This document shows, piece by piece, positions 40,639 to 50,185 of a stretch of 64,000 bases of DNA. The stretch lies in assembly GCA_904420205.1 (NCBI GenBank), contig CAJFUN010000023.1, positions 129,409-193,408 on the forward strand. Reading direction: 5' to 3'. Below the pieces are notes generated by a model, which searched no databases, had not been told where the DNA came from, and was given only the letters and a program-made list of their open reading frames with translations. Every line of letters starts with the position of its first letter. Position 1 is the stretch's first letter. The translations under genes were made by a program, and so were the position numbers. Source of the DNA: Candidatus Parachristensenella avicola. GTDB taxonomy: Bacteria > Bacillota > Clostridia > Christensenellales > UMGS416.

Positions 40639-41814
40639 TCAGCCGGTGAAGGAAACGCGGACGAAATGGCTTTTGCCCCGGGAAAGCACCAAAGGCTCCT
40701 GGCCGGGCAGAATCAGATCAGGGTCGGTGACCGGTTCACGGTTAATCCGGACGGCGCCGGCAGCAATGAGACGCCGGGCCTGGGAATTGGACTCGGCAAG
40801 GGCGCAGGCCCGCATCAGCGCCACCAAGCCGACGGGGCCCTGGGGCATCGTGAGGCAAGGAAGCTGCTGCGGCAGCCCGCCGGCGGCAATTTGCCGGTAC
40901 CGGGCTTGAGCGGCGTCGGCAGCTGATTCATCCCAGTAACGCGCCGTGATGGCATAGGCATAGCGGTAATGGGCCTGCACCATATCGGACGCAGTCAGCG
41001 CCTTCCATTCCGACTCGGGCACGTCGCTCGTTAAGGCGAAGTAATCGGGCAGGAGGGGGTCGGGCACCTTCATGCACTTTTCAAACATCACAGGGGCGGG
41101 CTCGCTGATTCCGATATAATTGTCCAGGGATTTGCTCATCTTTTCTTTCCCGTCCAGCCCGGGCAGCAGCGGGAAGGTAACGACGGTCTGCGGCCGCTGG
41201 CGATAATCGCGCTGCAGATCGCGTCCCATCAGAAGGTTAAAGGTTTGATCCGTGCCACCCACTTCAATATCTGCGTCGACCGCGACCGAGTCGTACCCCT
41301 GCATCAGCGGATAAAGCAGCTCGTGAAGGCCAATGGGCTCCCTTTGCGCATAGCGGTTGGCAAAATCATCCCGCTCAAGAATCCGGGCCAGCGTCGTTTT
41401 GCCAGCCAGCGCCAGTACTTGGCCGAAATCTAGGCGGCTGAGCCAGCGGGAATTATACTCGATACGGGTTAGACTTGGGTCGAGGATGCGGGTGACCTGC
41501 TCAAAGTAGCTCTGTCCGTTGGCTCTCGTTTGCTCGAAGGTGAGCGGGGGGCGGGTTTTGCTGCGGCCGGACGGGTCGCCGATCATTCCGGTAAAATCGC
41601 CGATGATAAAGACGATTTCGTGACCTAAGCGCTGAAGCGCGGCCAAATGGCGCAGCGCCACCGTATGGCCAAGATGCAGGTCCGGCCGGGAAGGGTCGGC
41701 CCCCATCTTGACGGTGAGCCGGCGGCCGGAAAACAGGGCGGCTTCCAGCTCCTCGGGGGAATAAACGCCAGTGGCTTGGGATAGAATCTTTTCCAGAACG
41801 CGACGGATCTCCAT
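40639..41814 (-). CDS. tyrS: Tyrosyl-tRNA synthetase
   Basis: KMGADPSRPDLHLGHTVALRHL (HIGH-like), DVDIEVGGTDQTFNLLMGR-type region, KEKMSKSLDNYIGI (KMSKS), C-terminal S4-like domain. Confidence 0.97.
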   Translation of the reverse strand: MEIRRVLEKILSQATGVYSPEELEAALFSGRRLTVKMGADPSRPDLHLGHTVALRHLAALQRLGHEIVFIIGDFTGMIGDPSGRSKTRPPLTFEQTRANGQSYFEQVTRILDPSLTRIEYNSRWLSRLDFGQVLALAGKTTLARILERDDFANRYAQREPIGLHELLYPLMQGYDSVAVDADIEVGGTDQTFNLLMGRDLQRDYRQRPQTVVTFPLLPGLDGKEKMSKSLDNYIGISEPAPVMFEKCMKVPDPLLPDYFALTSDVPESEWKALTASDMVQAHYRYAYAITARYWDESAADAAQARYRQIAAGGLPQQLPCLTMPQGPVGLVALMRACALAESNSQARRLIAAGAVRINREPVTDPDLILPGQEPLVLSRGKSHFVRVSFTG

Positions 41815-41836
41815 GATCGAATACCTTCCTTTCCAT

Positions 41837-41871
41837 AAAAAAACGCCTGAAGCGTAAAGGCTTCAGGCGTT
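41837..41871 (-). terminator. Regulated intrinsic terminator in tyrS leader
   Basis: Minus strand AACGCCTGAAGC-ctttac-GCTTCAGGCGTT followed by T's; perfect 12-bp stem (+ coords 41842-41853/41860-41871). Confidence 0.93.
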
Positions 41872-41887
41872 GATCTTTCTGACCACG

Positions 41888-41980
41888 CTATATAAGCGGA
41901 CACGCCGAAAGCCTGCGCTTAGCATAATAAGCGCAGGTCTCGTTATAGGCGGAAATGACGCGCAAAAGCATTTGGTTCAT
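41888..41980 (-). CDS. tyrS leader peptide MNQMLLRVISAYNETCAYYAKRRLSACPLI
   Basis: SD GGGAGG 8 nt upstream of ATG 41980; three Tyr codons, two tandem (41924-41929) in the loop region of a 10-bp hairpin. Confidence 0.8.
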   Translation of the reverse strand: MNQMLLRVISAYNETCAYYAKRRLSACPLI

Positions 41981-42013
41981 GGTCATATCCTCCCATCCGC
42001 GTGATTGGGGATA

Positions 42014-42042
42014 ACTATATCAGCTTAGCGGGCACTTGTCAA
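42014..42042 (-). promoter_or_regulatory. Sigma-A promoter for tyrS leader
   Basis: Minus strand TTGACA (42042-42037), 17-bp spacer, TATAGT (42019-42014). Confidence 0.85.
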
Positions 42043-42062
42043 GCGGCCGCTAGGGAAAACAC

Positions 42063-42091
42063 AAAAGCAGCGCCTAGGCGCTGCTTTTATA
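42063..42091 (-). terminator. Intrinsic terminator of the PBP gene
   Basis: AAAAGCAGCGCCTAGGCGCTGCTTTT. Confidence 0.8.
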
Positions 42092-42100
42092 TAGGGCGGA

Positions 42101-44326
42101 TCAATCCTGGGGTTCGGGCGTAGCGGTAGGTTCAGGCGAAGGGGAGGGCGTAGGCGTATTCTGAGCCTGCACAAGATTGGGGCCGGATTTAATCGCCTGG
42201 AAGATCCCCCTGGCGATGGCATTGCGCACGCCGCCTTCATTGGCAGGGACTTCCACCATCACACAGACCAGACGCTGATTTTCCCCTTCCGTGTTATACC
42301 CGATTAGCCAAGCAATTTCACGGGAATTGTCAGAGCCGACCTGAGCGGTACCCGTCTTGGCGTGGACGCTCATACCGGCGATATCAATAGCGGATCCAGT
42401 ACCGCTGGTCACCACGCCCCGCAGCATATCCTGCAGGGTTTCCACGGTCTCGGAGGAGATGATTTGGGAGCGGTAAAGGGTGGGCTCCGTTTGGCTTTCG
42501 GTGACGTACTTGATGCCTTCCGTGCGTTTGATGGATGAAACGATATAGGGACGGTAAACATCGCCGCCGTTGGCCAGTGCGCTGAAGATGGAAGTCATCT
42601 GTAGAGGAGAGATTAAAAGCTCGCCTTGACCATATCCGGAGTCGGCCAGCAGCTTCTGAGAGCTGAACTCGTCATCGTTGGAAATGCGGCTGGTAGAGAC
42701 CGGCAGATCGAAAGGAAAATCTTCGTCCTCAAAGCCGAGGTTTTTCAGTGCGTCGCGGAAAGCGTCTGCGCCAATGGCCAGAGCGGTATAGGCGAAGAAA
42801 ATATTATCGGAATTGACGATAGCATGGTAGAGGTTAAGCGGATCGGGCGTCGCGCTGACGCGGCGGATAGGCGGATACACCCAACGCTCGTCATCCGGCT
42901 TCCATTCATTGTCTTCAATCCGGCTTTGATCCATGGCAAAGTCAAGGGTGATGGCCCCCGTCATCAGTCCGATGGCGCCCACAAAGGGCTTAAGGGTAGA
43001 TCCCGGAGGATAGAGGCCCAGCGTGGAACGATTGTACAACGGCGTGCGATTGGCTTCGTCAGTAAAATAGTCCCAGACAGCTTGGCTGACCGTATAGGAG
43101 AAGATGTTGGGATCAAAGGTGGGATAGCTGGCGATCGCGTCGATGGCGCCCGTTTTCGGATCCATCACGATCACCGAGCCGCTCATATCGCTGGTCAGAT
43201 GCTGTAGCAGCAGGGTTTCTACCGTCTGCTCCATGGAGAGATCCACGGTCAACCGCAAGTCGCTGCCGTCCACTGCGGGCACGCTGGCCAAGATCTGCTT
43301 TTTTGCGCCGCTTTTATCGTATATCGCCAGTTCATATCCGGATACGCCGCGCAATACATCGTCATAGGCCGCTTCCAGGCCAGAACGGCCGATGAGCGTG
43401 CCGTCGGCCAAGTTGGCATATTTCTCGTTTTCCTTATCCTCAGCCGTGATAACGCCGGTATAGCCCAGGGTATGAGAGAGGACGCTTCCATAGGGGTAAT
43501 ACCGAATCGGCGTCATAGAGGAACGGTCCACATGCAGGCCTTCGATCTCAAGGATCTGCTCTTCCAGCGCTTCGTCCAGATCATCTTTAGGAAAGACCTT
43601 CAGCGCAATGGAGCGGGAAACCTCCACATTCTCTTCATCTACGGAGGTTCCCTTTTCCGTATCGGCCGTAGTGGTTTCCGGCTCTTCCTCCTCCACAAAG
43701 CGGTCAGGATCGATCCTTTTGAGAATATCCGTTTCCGTCATCGACAGCAGCGGCGCAGCCAAACGGGCCAAGGTATCGGGATCCTTGATCTCGTCGCTTT
43801 GGGCATAAACGGTGATGGCATAATCGTTCTGCGCCAAAAGCTCGCCGTTGACGTCGAAGATTTCACCGCGCTGGGCGGCGATGTTGTTGAGGCGGAGCGA
43901 GTCCCCTTCCTCCATCCCAGGAAGGAGCAGGGAAGGCGACCAGGTCAACAGCCACTGGCCGCCTTTATACACCATGGTAATCTCATTGCCCATATTCAGT
44001 TCGCCAAGCTTGTCGCTCTGATAGGTCATAAGCACTGTGACCCGCCGCGTGTTGGCGTCCGTCTGCACATTTTCCAGGATCCGGGCGGACAGCGAGGTGA
44101 TGCTCAGCGTGGAATAGACGCTTTCATACCGGTCCGTCATTTCAGCCAGCGTCATGCCGTTGAGGCTGTCCGGGTCCAGCAGCTTATAGATACGGGCATA
44201 TTCCCGGTTCGTCAGATAGCTGAGCATCTCGGCGGCGGGATCCGTTGGGGCGGAGCCACAACCGCTTGTGGTCAACAGCATGACCAGCACCAGGATAGCG
44301 CTAAGGCCTTTGAACCATCGCTTCAT
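42101..44326 (-). CDS. Penicillin-binding transpeptidase with MecA_N/NTF2-like N-terminal domain (PBP2a/PBP3-like lipoprotein)
   Basis: Lipobox TSGCGS; NTF2-like AAEMLSYLTNREYARIYKLLDPDS; SxxK PGSTLKPF; SxN VNSDNIFFAY; KTGTAQVG. Confidence 0.92.
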   Translation of the reverse strand: MKRWFKGLSAILVLVMLLTTSGCGSAPTDPAAEMLSYLTNREYARIYKLLDPDSLNGMTLAEMTDRYESVYSTLSITSLSARILENVQTDANTRRVTVLMTYQSDKLGELNMGNEITMVYKGGQWLLTWSPSLLLPGMEEGDSLRLNNIAAQRGEIFDVNGELLAQNDYAITVYAQSDEIKDPDTLARLAAPLLSMTETDILKRIDPDRFVEEEEPETTTADTEKGTSVDEENVEVSRSIALKVFPKDDLDEALEEQILEIEGLHVDRSSMTPIRYYPYGSVLSHTLGYTGVITAEDKENEKYANLADGTLIGRSGLEAAYDDVLRGVSGYELAIYDKSGAKKQILASVPAVDGSDLRLTVDLSMEQTVETLLLQHLTSDMSGSVIVMDPKTGAIDAIASYPTFDPNIFSYTVSQAVWDYFTDEANRTPLYNRSTLGLYPPGSTLKPFVGAIGLMTGAITLDFAMDQSRIEDNEWKPDDERWVYPPIRRVSATPDPLNLYHAIVNSDNIFFAYTALAIGADAFRDALKNLGFEDEDFPFDLPVSTSRISNDDEFSSQKLLADSGYGQGELLISPLQMTSIFSALANGGDVYRPYIVSSIKRTEGIKYVTESQTEPTLYRSQIISSETVETLQDMLRGVVTSGTGSAIDIAGMSVHAKTGTAQVGSDNSREIAWLIGYNTEGENQRLVCVMVEVPANEGGVRNAIARGIFQAIKSGPNLVQAQNTPTPSPSPEPTATPEPQD

Positions 44327-44429
44327 GCTATACTCCCATATTCAAGATTACGCTTATTATATCATACTGTGCCGAATAGTCAAAGATAGGGTCGAAAGGT
44401 GTCGCGCGCCCCACTTCGTGGTGGTTTTG

Positions 44430-44458
44430 TTGACAAAGTCACATAAATGAAATATAAT
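44430..44458 (+). promoter_or_regulatory. Consensus sigma-A promoter
   Basis: TTGACA-17 bp-TATAAT, exact consensus, upstream of the 44509 CDS. Confidence 0.88.
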
Positions 44459-44508
44459 CGTAACAAAATTAACCCAATAGAAAAAATGAGAAAGTTGGTG
44501 CAGAGCGC

Positions 44509-46008
44509 ATGAAGCTACCTGACTGGATCCGACGCAAGCCGCAGGAGGGCCGCAGTCACGGCCTGGATGCAACCTGCCGCCGGCGTGAGCAGCGCAAGCA
44601 GAAAGCACCCGGCCCCAAGGATCGGCTGCTTGCCTGGTGGAGCAAAAAGAGAGAAACGCTGATGCAGGACGAATGGGTTCGCAGGATCATGGAGCGGCGC
44701 GGGGCTAACCGCCTGAGCGGCTTGGAAAAGATGCACAGCCATCACCGGCGCAAGCGCCTGGAGCAGGAGGCGGCCCAGCTTGTGGGCCTAAAGGCGCGCG
44801 TATGTTTTACTATCCAGCATCACAAGGTGGTAGCAACGGCGTCCATGGGCCTGGCAATCGCCCTGCTGCTGAGCGGCGTGGGCATGGGCGCCAGCTACCT
44901 GGCCAGCCAGAAAAGTGTCACTTTGCTGGTCGGCAACCAGGAGCGGTACTGCATAACCACCGCCGAAAGCGTGGAGGCGCTGCTGGCGGAGCAGGGGCTT
45001 TTCCTGGGAAATGAGTGTAAGGTGGAGCCCTCGGCGGATACGCTGCTGGTCAATGGGATGACCATTCGCTACATGCCGCGCATGGGCGTAGTCATTGAGT
45101 CGGCTGGCCAGCAGCAGCGGTACTTCTTCTATACGGGTACAGTGGCGGACGCCTTAAAGGAGGCGGGCCTTACCTACGATACCGACGACAAGGTGGAGCC
45201 TTCGGCGGACACGCAGCTGACCGATGGTATGACCATCAAGCTGACCCGCTACGATACCAATACGGTAGTGGAGAACGAGCGGCTTTACTACCAGGTAAAG
45301 GAAGTAGAGGATCCAGAGCTGTATGTGGGGCAGCGCAAGGTAGTGCAAACGGGCCGGGAGGGCGAACTTGTCCGAACCGTCTCCATCCTATATGAAGACG
45401 GCGTGGAAAAGCAGCGGGAAGTCGTGAGCGAGGAGCGCACGGTTCGGCCGCGAAATGAGCTGGTGGTGAAAGGCATCAAGCCTACGCCCACGCCCACCCC
45501 CACTCCGACGCCTACCCCAACGCCCACCGCAACCCCGGAAAAGAAGGAGAGCAAAGCTGAGGCGACGGCAGCGCCCACAGCCAAAAAGACAGCTAAACCG
45601 ACAGCAACACCGAAAAAGACTGCCAGCCCGACAAAAAAGCCGACGGCAACGCCTACGCCGGATAAGGGCACGATTCCCGGTACACCGGACACCTATGAAA
45701 AGAAGCTGTCCATGATGATCACCGCTTACACCCATACGGGAAACAAGACGGCCTTAGGCACCTGGCCGGTGGCCACCCGGACCCGGGAGAATCCCGGCAC
45801 GGTGGCGGTTGCTCCCCAGACGATTCCCTATCATACGCTGCTGTATGTGCCGGGATACGGCTATTGCCTGGCAGAGGATACGGGTGGGTTCCGGCACGAC
45901 CGGCCTTATCAGATCGACCTGTTTATGGACACGGAAGAAGAATGCATCGAGTGGGGACGCAAGCGGGACTACACGGTATATATTGTAGAATATAATTATG
46001 AGCGGTAG
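44509..46008 (+). CDS. YabE-like protein: DUF348 repeats, G5 domain, Thr-Pro linker, C-terminal 3D domain
   Basis: VTLLVGNQERYCITTAESVEALLAEQG (DUF348 twice), EREVVSEERTVRPRNELVVKG (G5), MITAYTHTGNKTALGTWP...AEDTGGF...DLFMDTEEEC (3D). Confidence 0.88.
   Translation: MKLPDWIRRKPQEGRSHGLDATCRRREQRKQKAPGPKDRLLAWWSKKRETLMQDEWVRRIMERRGANRLSGLEKMHSHHRRKRLEQEAAQLVGLKARVCFTIQHHKVVATASMGLAIALLLSGVGMGASYLASQKSVTLLVGNQERYCITTAESVEALLAEQGLFLGNECKVEPSADTLLVNGMTIRYMPRMGVVIESAGQQQRYFFYTGTVADALKEAGLTYDTDDKVEPSADTQLTDGMTIKLTRYDTNTVVENERLYYQVKEVEDPELYVGQRKVVQTGREGELVRTVSILYEDGVEKQREVVSEERTVRPRNELVVKGIKPTPTPTPTPTPTPTPTATPEKKESKAEATAAPTAKKTAKPTATPKKTASPTKKPTATPTPDKGTIPGTPDTYEKKLSMMITAYTHTGNKTALGTWPVATRTRENPGTVAVAPQTIPYHTLLYVPGYGYCLAEDTGGFRHDRPYQIDLFMDTEEECIEWGRKRDYTVYIVEYNYER
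45481..45532 (+). repeat. 6-bp Thr-Pro coding repeat
   Basis: (acgccc/accccc)n encoding TPTPTPTPTPTP. Confidence 0.9.
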
Positions 46009-46068
46009 CATACCGCCCAAAGCAGGCGCGCATCCGGCCAAGCCGGGCGCGCCTTTAGCATGTTTGAC

Positions 46069-46097
46069 TTGACAAATAGAAGGGTTAACTGTACTAT
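46069..46097 (+). promoter_or_regulatory. Sigma-A promoter for rsmA
   Basis: TTGACA-17 bp-TACTAT. Confidence 0.75.
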
Positions 46098-46135
46098 GGC
46101 ACATAGAACAGTTAAACGGGCAGTAGGAGAGTCAT

Positions 46136-46945
46136 ATGGCTTCAATACGGCATAAAAAATCGCTGGGCCAGCATTTTCTGGAGGATACCGCCATCCTGCA
46201 GGCGATTGTAGAGGGGGCGGAAGTGGAGCGGCAGGACGCCGTGCTGGAGATCGGACCCGGTTCAGGCAACCTATCGGGCTATTTGGCGGCACGGGCTGCC
46301 CGGCTGGTCGCGGTGGAGATTGATACCGCCCTGGAGCCGCTGTTGCGGCAGGAGCTGGGAAAGTACCCGAAGGCAGAGGTGATATTCGGCAATTTCTTGA
46401 CCATGGATCTGAAGCTGCTCCATGAGCGGTTGGGCGGGGGCGCCTTCAAGGTGGTGGCTAACTTGCCTTATTACATTACCACCCCAATTTTGGAGCGGCT
46501 GCTTTCCAGCGGCCTGCCAATTGAATCGATCACCATATTGATCCAGAAGGAGGCGGCCGACCGGCTGATCTGCTCTCCGGGCAGCAGGGAGTATGGACCG
46601 CTGGCTATCGCCTGCGCCCGGTGGGGCTCGGGCAAATGCATCCTGCGGGTGCCGCCGGCAGCTTTTACGCCGCCGCCCAAGGTCGATTCGGCGGTGGTCC
46701 ACATTGTGCGGCACAGGATAGACCCATTTGCAGGAATGGATGAGACGCTTTTTTGGAAGATTGTGCGGACGTCTTTCTCCCAACGGCGCAAGCAGCTTAA
46801 GAATGCGCTAAGCGGTCTAGGGCTGCCGGCAAGCCGGCTGGAGGAAGCGCTTTCCAAGCTGGGCATCGACGGCGCACGGCGGCCGGAAACCCTGACAGTG
46901 GAGGAATTCGCCGCGCTAACCGAGCAATTCGCTAGCGGGGCGTGA
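46136..46945 (+). CDS. rsmA: 16S rRNA (adenine1518-N6/adenine1519-N6)-dimethyltransferase
   Basis: KKSLGQHFLEDTAIL, LEIGPGSGNLSGYLA, VVANLPYYITTPIL, VDSAVVHIVRH. Confidence 0.97.
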   Translation: MASIRHKKSLGQHFLEDTAILQAIVEGAEVERQDAVLEIGPGSGNLSGYLAARAARLVAVEIDTALEPLLRQELGKYPKAEVIFGNFLTMDLKLLHERLGGGAFKVVANLPYYITTPILERLLSSGLPIESITILIQKEAADRLICSPGSREYGPLAIACARWGSGKCILRVPPAAFTPPPKVDSAVVHIVRHRIDPFAGMDETLFWKIVRTSFSQRRKQLKNALSGLGLPASRLEEALSKLGIDGARRPETLTVEEFAALTEQFASGA

Positions 46946-46989
46946 AAATATCGCGCAGCCTTTGCATAGTCTGCACCAGGAGGTGCAGC

Positions 46990-47610
46990 ATGTCTAGTCA
47001 AATACGGCTTCGGTTGACGGGATCGGCGGGCGGCGGTACGTGCGTGCTCATGGAGGAGGGCGGACGGCTTCGATATCGCCTGTCCCTGGAGGGCCCGCCC
47101 GGCGGCGGGCTGGAAGCCCTGATTCAAGGAAGGTCACCCTATATGGAGCTGACACGCCAGATGGTTGCAATACCGGCCTTTACCGGGTGGTGGCAAACGG
47201 AGGGGGAATGTGAAAGCCTGCCCTGCGCGATGGGTTGGATTTGGATATTGCGGGGCGGCGAGCCTTGGCTGATGGGCGCGTTTCCCGGCGTATCCACGCC
47301 GCCAGAGGCGGCCCTGCAGGCCCTTACCGCTCACGGCAAACCCAGCCCCCCGTCAGCGCCCCCAAGCGCCGGGGGCCGGAATACCGTCCAGCAGCCGAAT
47401 CTGCTGATCCCGCTGCCAGGCGTAACCTTTGCGCCGGGCATGTGGGCGGGTAGGTCCTGCTTTGTTGCGGAGCAGGCGGAGCCCGGAAGGCGGTGGACGC
47501 TGATCCAGGGCGAAGCGGGCGAAGATCCCTTTGAAGGCGAAGGAATTTATTGTGCGGCCGCCGGAGACGGCGGATACTGGCTGCAATGGCAGAATGTGAC
47601 GGAATTGTAA
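46990..47610 (+). CDS. Hypothetical protein
   Basis: RBS CAGGAGG, ATG 46990; no recognised domain. Confidence 0.6.
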   Translation: MSSQIRLRLTGSAGGGTCVLMEEGGRLRYRLSLEGPPGGGLEALIQGRSPYMELTRQMVAIPAFTGWWQTEGECESLPCAMGWIWILRGGEPWLMGAFPGVSTPPEAALQALTAHGKPSPPSAPPSAGGRNTVQQPNLLIPLPGVTFAPGMWAGRSCFVAEQAEPGRRWTLIQGEAGEDPFEGEGIYCAAAGDGGYWLQWQNVTEL

Positions 47611-47746
47611 GCGCTATTTTACTTGTCTTTTATCAGATAACAGTGTATCATTAACGATGCATAAACCTATCGTACGACAAACAAAAGAAAAATGGTAGAG
47701 GCCGCCGGGGATGCCTGGGAAGCAGGCGCCGGCGCACGAGGTCAAC

Positions 47747-49021
47747 ATGTCATCACTACTTATTACCCTGAAAGTCGTTTATGCCATCCTAGGCAGCATT
47801 ACTATGGGCGTTCTGATTTATCAGGTCATCATGGCGCTGCTATCGGGACGGCGCAACAAGCAGCCGGTTCAGCCCTGCGATCGATTTAACCGCTTTGCTT
47901 TGGTGATTTCGGCGCGCAATGAATCGGCGGTTATCGGCCAACTGCTCGACAGCCTGATGGCGCAACGCTATCCTAAGGAGTATTTCGACGTCTATGTTAT
48001 CGCGGATAACTGCACCGACAACACCGCGCAGGTGGCCCGGGAGCATGGTGCCTTGGTCTATGAGCGGGAAAATCTGAAGCAATGCGGAAAAGGCTATGCC
48101 TTAAACTGGATGTTCGATATTATCCAGCGCGAAAAGCCGGAAGGATATTACGATGCATACGGGGTTTTCGACGCGGATAATCTCGTACATAAGGACTACC
48201 TGATGGCCATGAACCACCAGCTGCTGAACGGCGCTGCGGTTTCGGAAGGATATCGGGATATTAAAAATCCCTCGGACAGCTGGGTATCGGGTGCCTATGC
48301 CATCTATTTTTGGTGCATTTCCCGCTTTTTCATGCGGCCTCGCCATCGCTTGGGCATGTCGGGCCTTGTCAGCGGCACCGGATTTGTTTTCCGTGCAGAG
48401 CTGATTGCGGAGCGGGGATGGGTTACGGAAACCATTACCGAGGACTGTGAGTTCTCCTTGATGCAGATTTTAGAGGGCCATAAGGTGACCTTTGCTGATG
48501 ATGCCGTCTTTTATGACGAGCAGCCGGTGACCTTCCGCCAGGCGAACCGGCAGCGCTACCGGTGGGCGGTAGGCTCGCTACAGTGCTTGAAGCTCTTCTT
48601 TGGCAAGCTGTTCCGCGGCTGCTTTGCGCAAAAGAGTTTTATTATGCTGGATATGGTCATCTATCTGATGTCTATCCCCTGCTCGGCGATTGTCGCGATC
48701 AACACCTGCCTGGGCGCGGCAATCCGCTATATGGGACAAGCCCACTGGTATGAGATTGTCCAGATGGAACTGGTTTCGCTGCTCATTACGGTGGCGTGTA
48801 TGTTCCTCCATGGCATTCTAACCGTGAAGCTGGAGGGAAAATCTCTGCGCACAGTCTATAAAGGCGTGCTAGGCTGGCCCCTGTTCCTGCTTAGCTGGGT
48901 CTATATCAGCCTGTTCGCGATCTTCTACCGCAATACTACCTGGAAGCCGATTCATCATACCAGCACGGTCAGCATCGACGCCATAAAAGAGGAAGGTGAA
49001 AACCTGACCGGAGAACTGTAG
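47747..49021 (+). CDS. Family 2 processive-type membrane glycosyltransferase
   Basis: FALVISARNESAVIGQLLDSL, VIADNCTDNTA, AYGVFDADNLVHKD, TEDCEFSL, QRYRWAVG; terminal TM segments. Confidence 0.9.
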   Translation: MSSLLITLKVVYAILGSITMGVLIYQVIMALLSGRRNKQPVQPCDRFNRFALVISARNESAVIGQLLDSLMAQRYPKEYFDVYVIADNCTDNTAQVAREHGALVYERENLKQCGKGYALNWMFDIIQREKPEGYYDAYGVFDADNLVHKDYLMAMNHQLLNGAAVSEGYRDIKNPSDSWVSGAYAIYFWCISRFFMRPRHRLGMSGLVSGTGFVFRAELIAERGWVTETITEDCEFSLMQILEGHKVTFADDAVFYDEQPVTFRQANRQRYRWAVGSLQCLKLFFGKLFRGCFAQKSFIMLDMVIYLMSIPCSAIVAINTCLGAAIRYMGQAHWYEIVQMELVSLLITVACMFLHGILTVKLEGKSLRTVYKGVLGWPLFLLSWVYISLFAIFYRNTTWKPIHHTSTVSIDAIKEEGENLTGEL

Positions 49022-49028
49022 ACCGCTA

Positions 49029-49060
49029 CAAGCCTCCCCAATACGAGGGAGGCTTTTTTG
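49029..49060 (+). terminator. Intrinsic terminator
   Basis: AAGCCTCCCCAATACGAGGGAGGCTTTTTT. Confidence 0.85.
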
Positions 49061-49237
49061 CTGCAGCCTTGTATATGGGAAAAATGCCGACAAATGTCGG
49101 CGGACAGACAAATAGAGCGAAGAAATAACAAAGAAGGATAAATTATATGGCCTGGTTTATAATATTTACAATTTGTTAACACAACGCACCAGTGCCATTT
49201 GTTACAATCAACATATTCACAGAGGGAGGAAAAGGAT

Positions 49238-50185
49238 ATGATCAAAGTCGAGAATGTGACGAAGCGATACGGCAACAAAACCGCCGTCGACGATGTCACC
49301 TTCGAAGTCCAAAAGGGCGAGATCGTGGGCTTCCTGGGCCGAAACGGCGCGGGTAAATCCACCACGATGAACATCATCACAGGATACATATCGTCCACCA
49401 GCGGCTCCGCCAGCGTGGATGGGTATGATATTCTGAAAAGCCCGCTCGAGGTCAAAAAGCGCATCGGCTATCTTCCGGAACAGCCGCCGCTTTATATGGA
49501 TATGACCGTGCGGGAATACCTGAGCTTTGTCAGCGACATCAAGCACGTGCCCGGAGCCAAGAAGACGGCCCATATCGGGGACGTATGCGATCTAGTAGGG
49601 ATTGCGGACATGCGGGGACGATTGATTCGCAATCTGTCCAAGGGCTATAAACAGCGCGTAGGTTTGGCCCAGGCGCTGATCGGAAACCCGGAGGTGCTGA
49701 TCCTGGACGAGCCGACGGTGGGTTTGGACCCCCGCCAGATCATCGAGATCCGCAAGCTCATCAAAGATCTGGGCAAGGATCATACGGTCATCCTCAGCTC
49801 GCACATCTTGCCTGAGGTAGCCGACGTATGCGAGCGGGTCATCATCATCGACAAAGGCAAGATCGTCGCGCAGGATACCCTGGAGAACCTGTCCAGCAAC
49901 GTTAACGAGATCACCCGTCTGACGCTGCGCATCCAGGGCGAGGAGGGCAACGTGCGCAAAACGCTGCGCGAGGTTCGCGGCGTCCGGTATGTAGAGGTAC
50001 TCGGCGTTAAGGAGGCGGGCACGGTGGATTTCCTGGTGGAAAGCGAGCGCAACCAGGATGTGCGGGCCGACGTATTCCGGGCTATGGTTTCCCTCCAGCG
50101 GCCGGTGCTGATGTTCCGGCCTATGGACGTGACGCTGGAGGATATCTTCCTGCAGCTGACCAGCCAAGATAAGGAGGATAACTAG
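49238..50185 (+). CDS. ABC transporter ATP-binding protein (GldA-like)
   Basis: GRNGAGKSTTMN, LSKGYKQRVGLAQAL, EVLILDEPTVGLDP. Confidence 0.92.
   Translation: MIKVENVTKRYGNKTAVDDVTFEVQKGEIVGFLGRNGAGKSTTMNIITGYISSTSGSASVDGYDILKSPLEVKKRIGYLPEQPPLYMDMTVREYLSFVSDIKHVPGAKKTAHIGDVCDLVGIADMRGRLIRNLSKGYKQRVGLAQALIGNPEVLILDEPTVGLDPRQIIEIRKLIKDLGKDHTVILSSHILPEVADVCERVIIIDKGKIVAQDTLENLSSNVNEITRLTLRIQGEEGNVRKTLREVRGVRYVEVLGVKEAGTVDFLVESERNQDVRADVFRAMVSLQRPVLMFRPMDVTLEDIFLQLTSQDKEDN

Noticed and set aside
41815-42042. T-box riboswitch upstream of tyrS
   Set aside because: No AGNNGGTGG-like T-box or Stem I signature was seen in the short leader; the leader-peptide model explains the terminator and hairpins better.
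45481-45532. CRISPR-like or minisatellite signal
   Set aside because: Short repeat encodes an in-frame Thr-Pro linker; no spacers.
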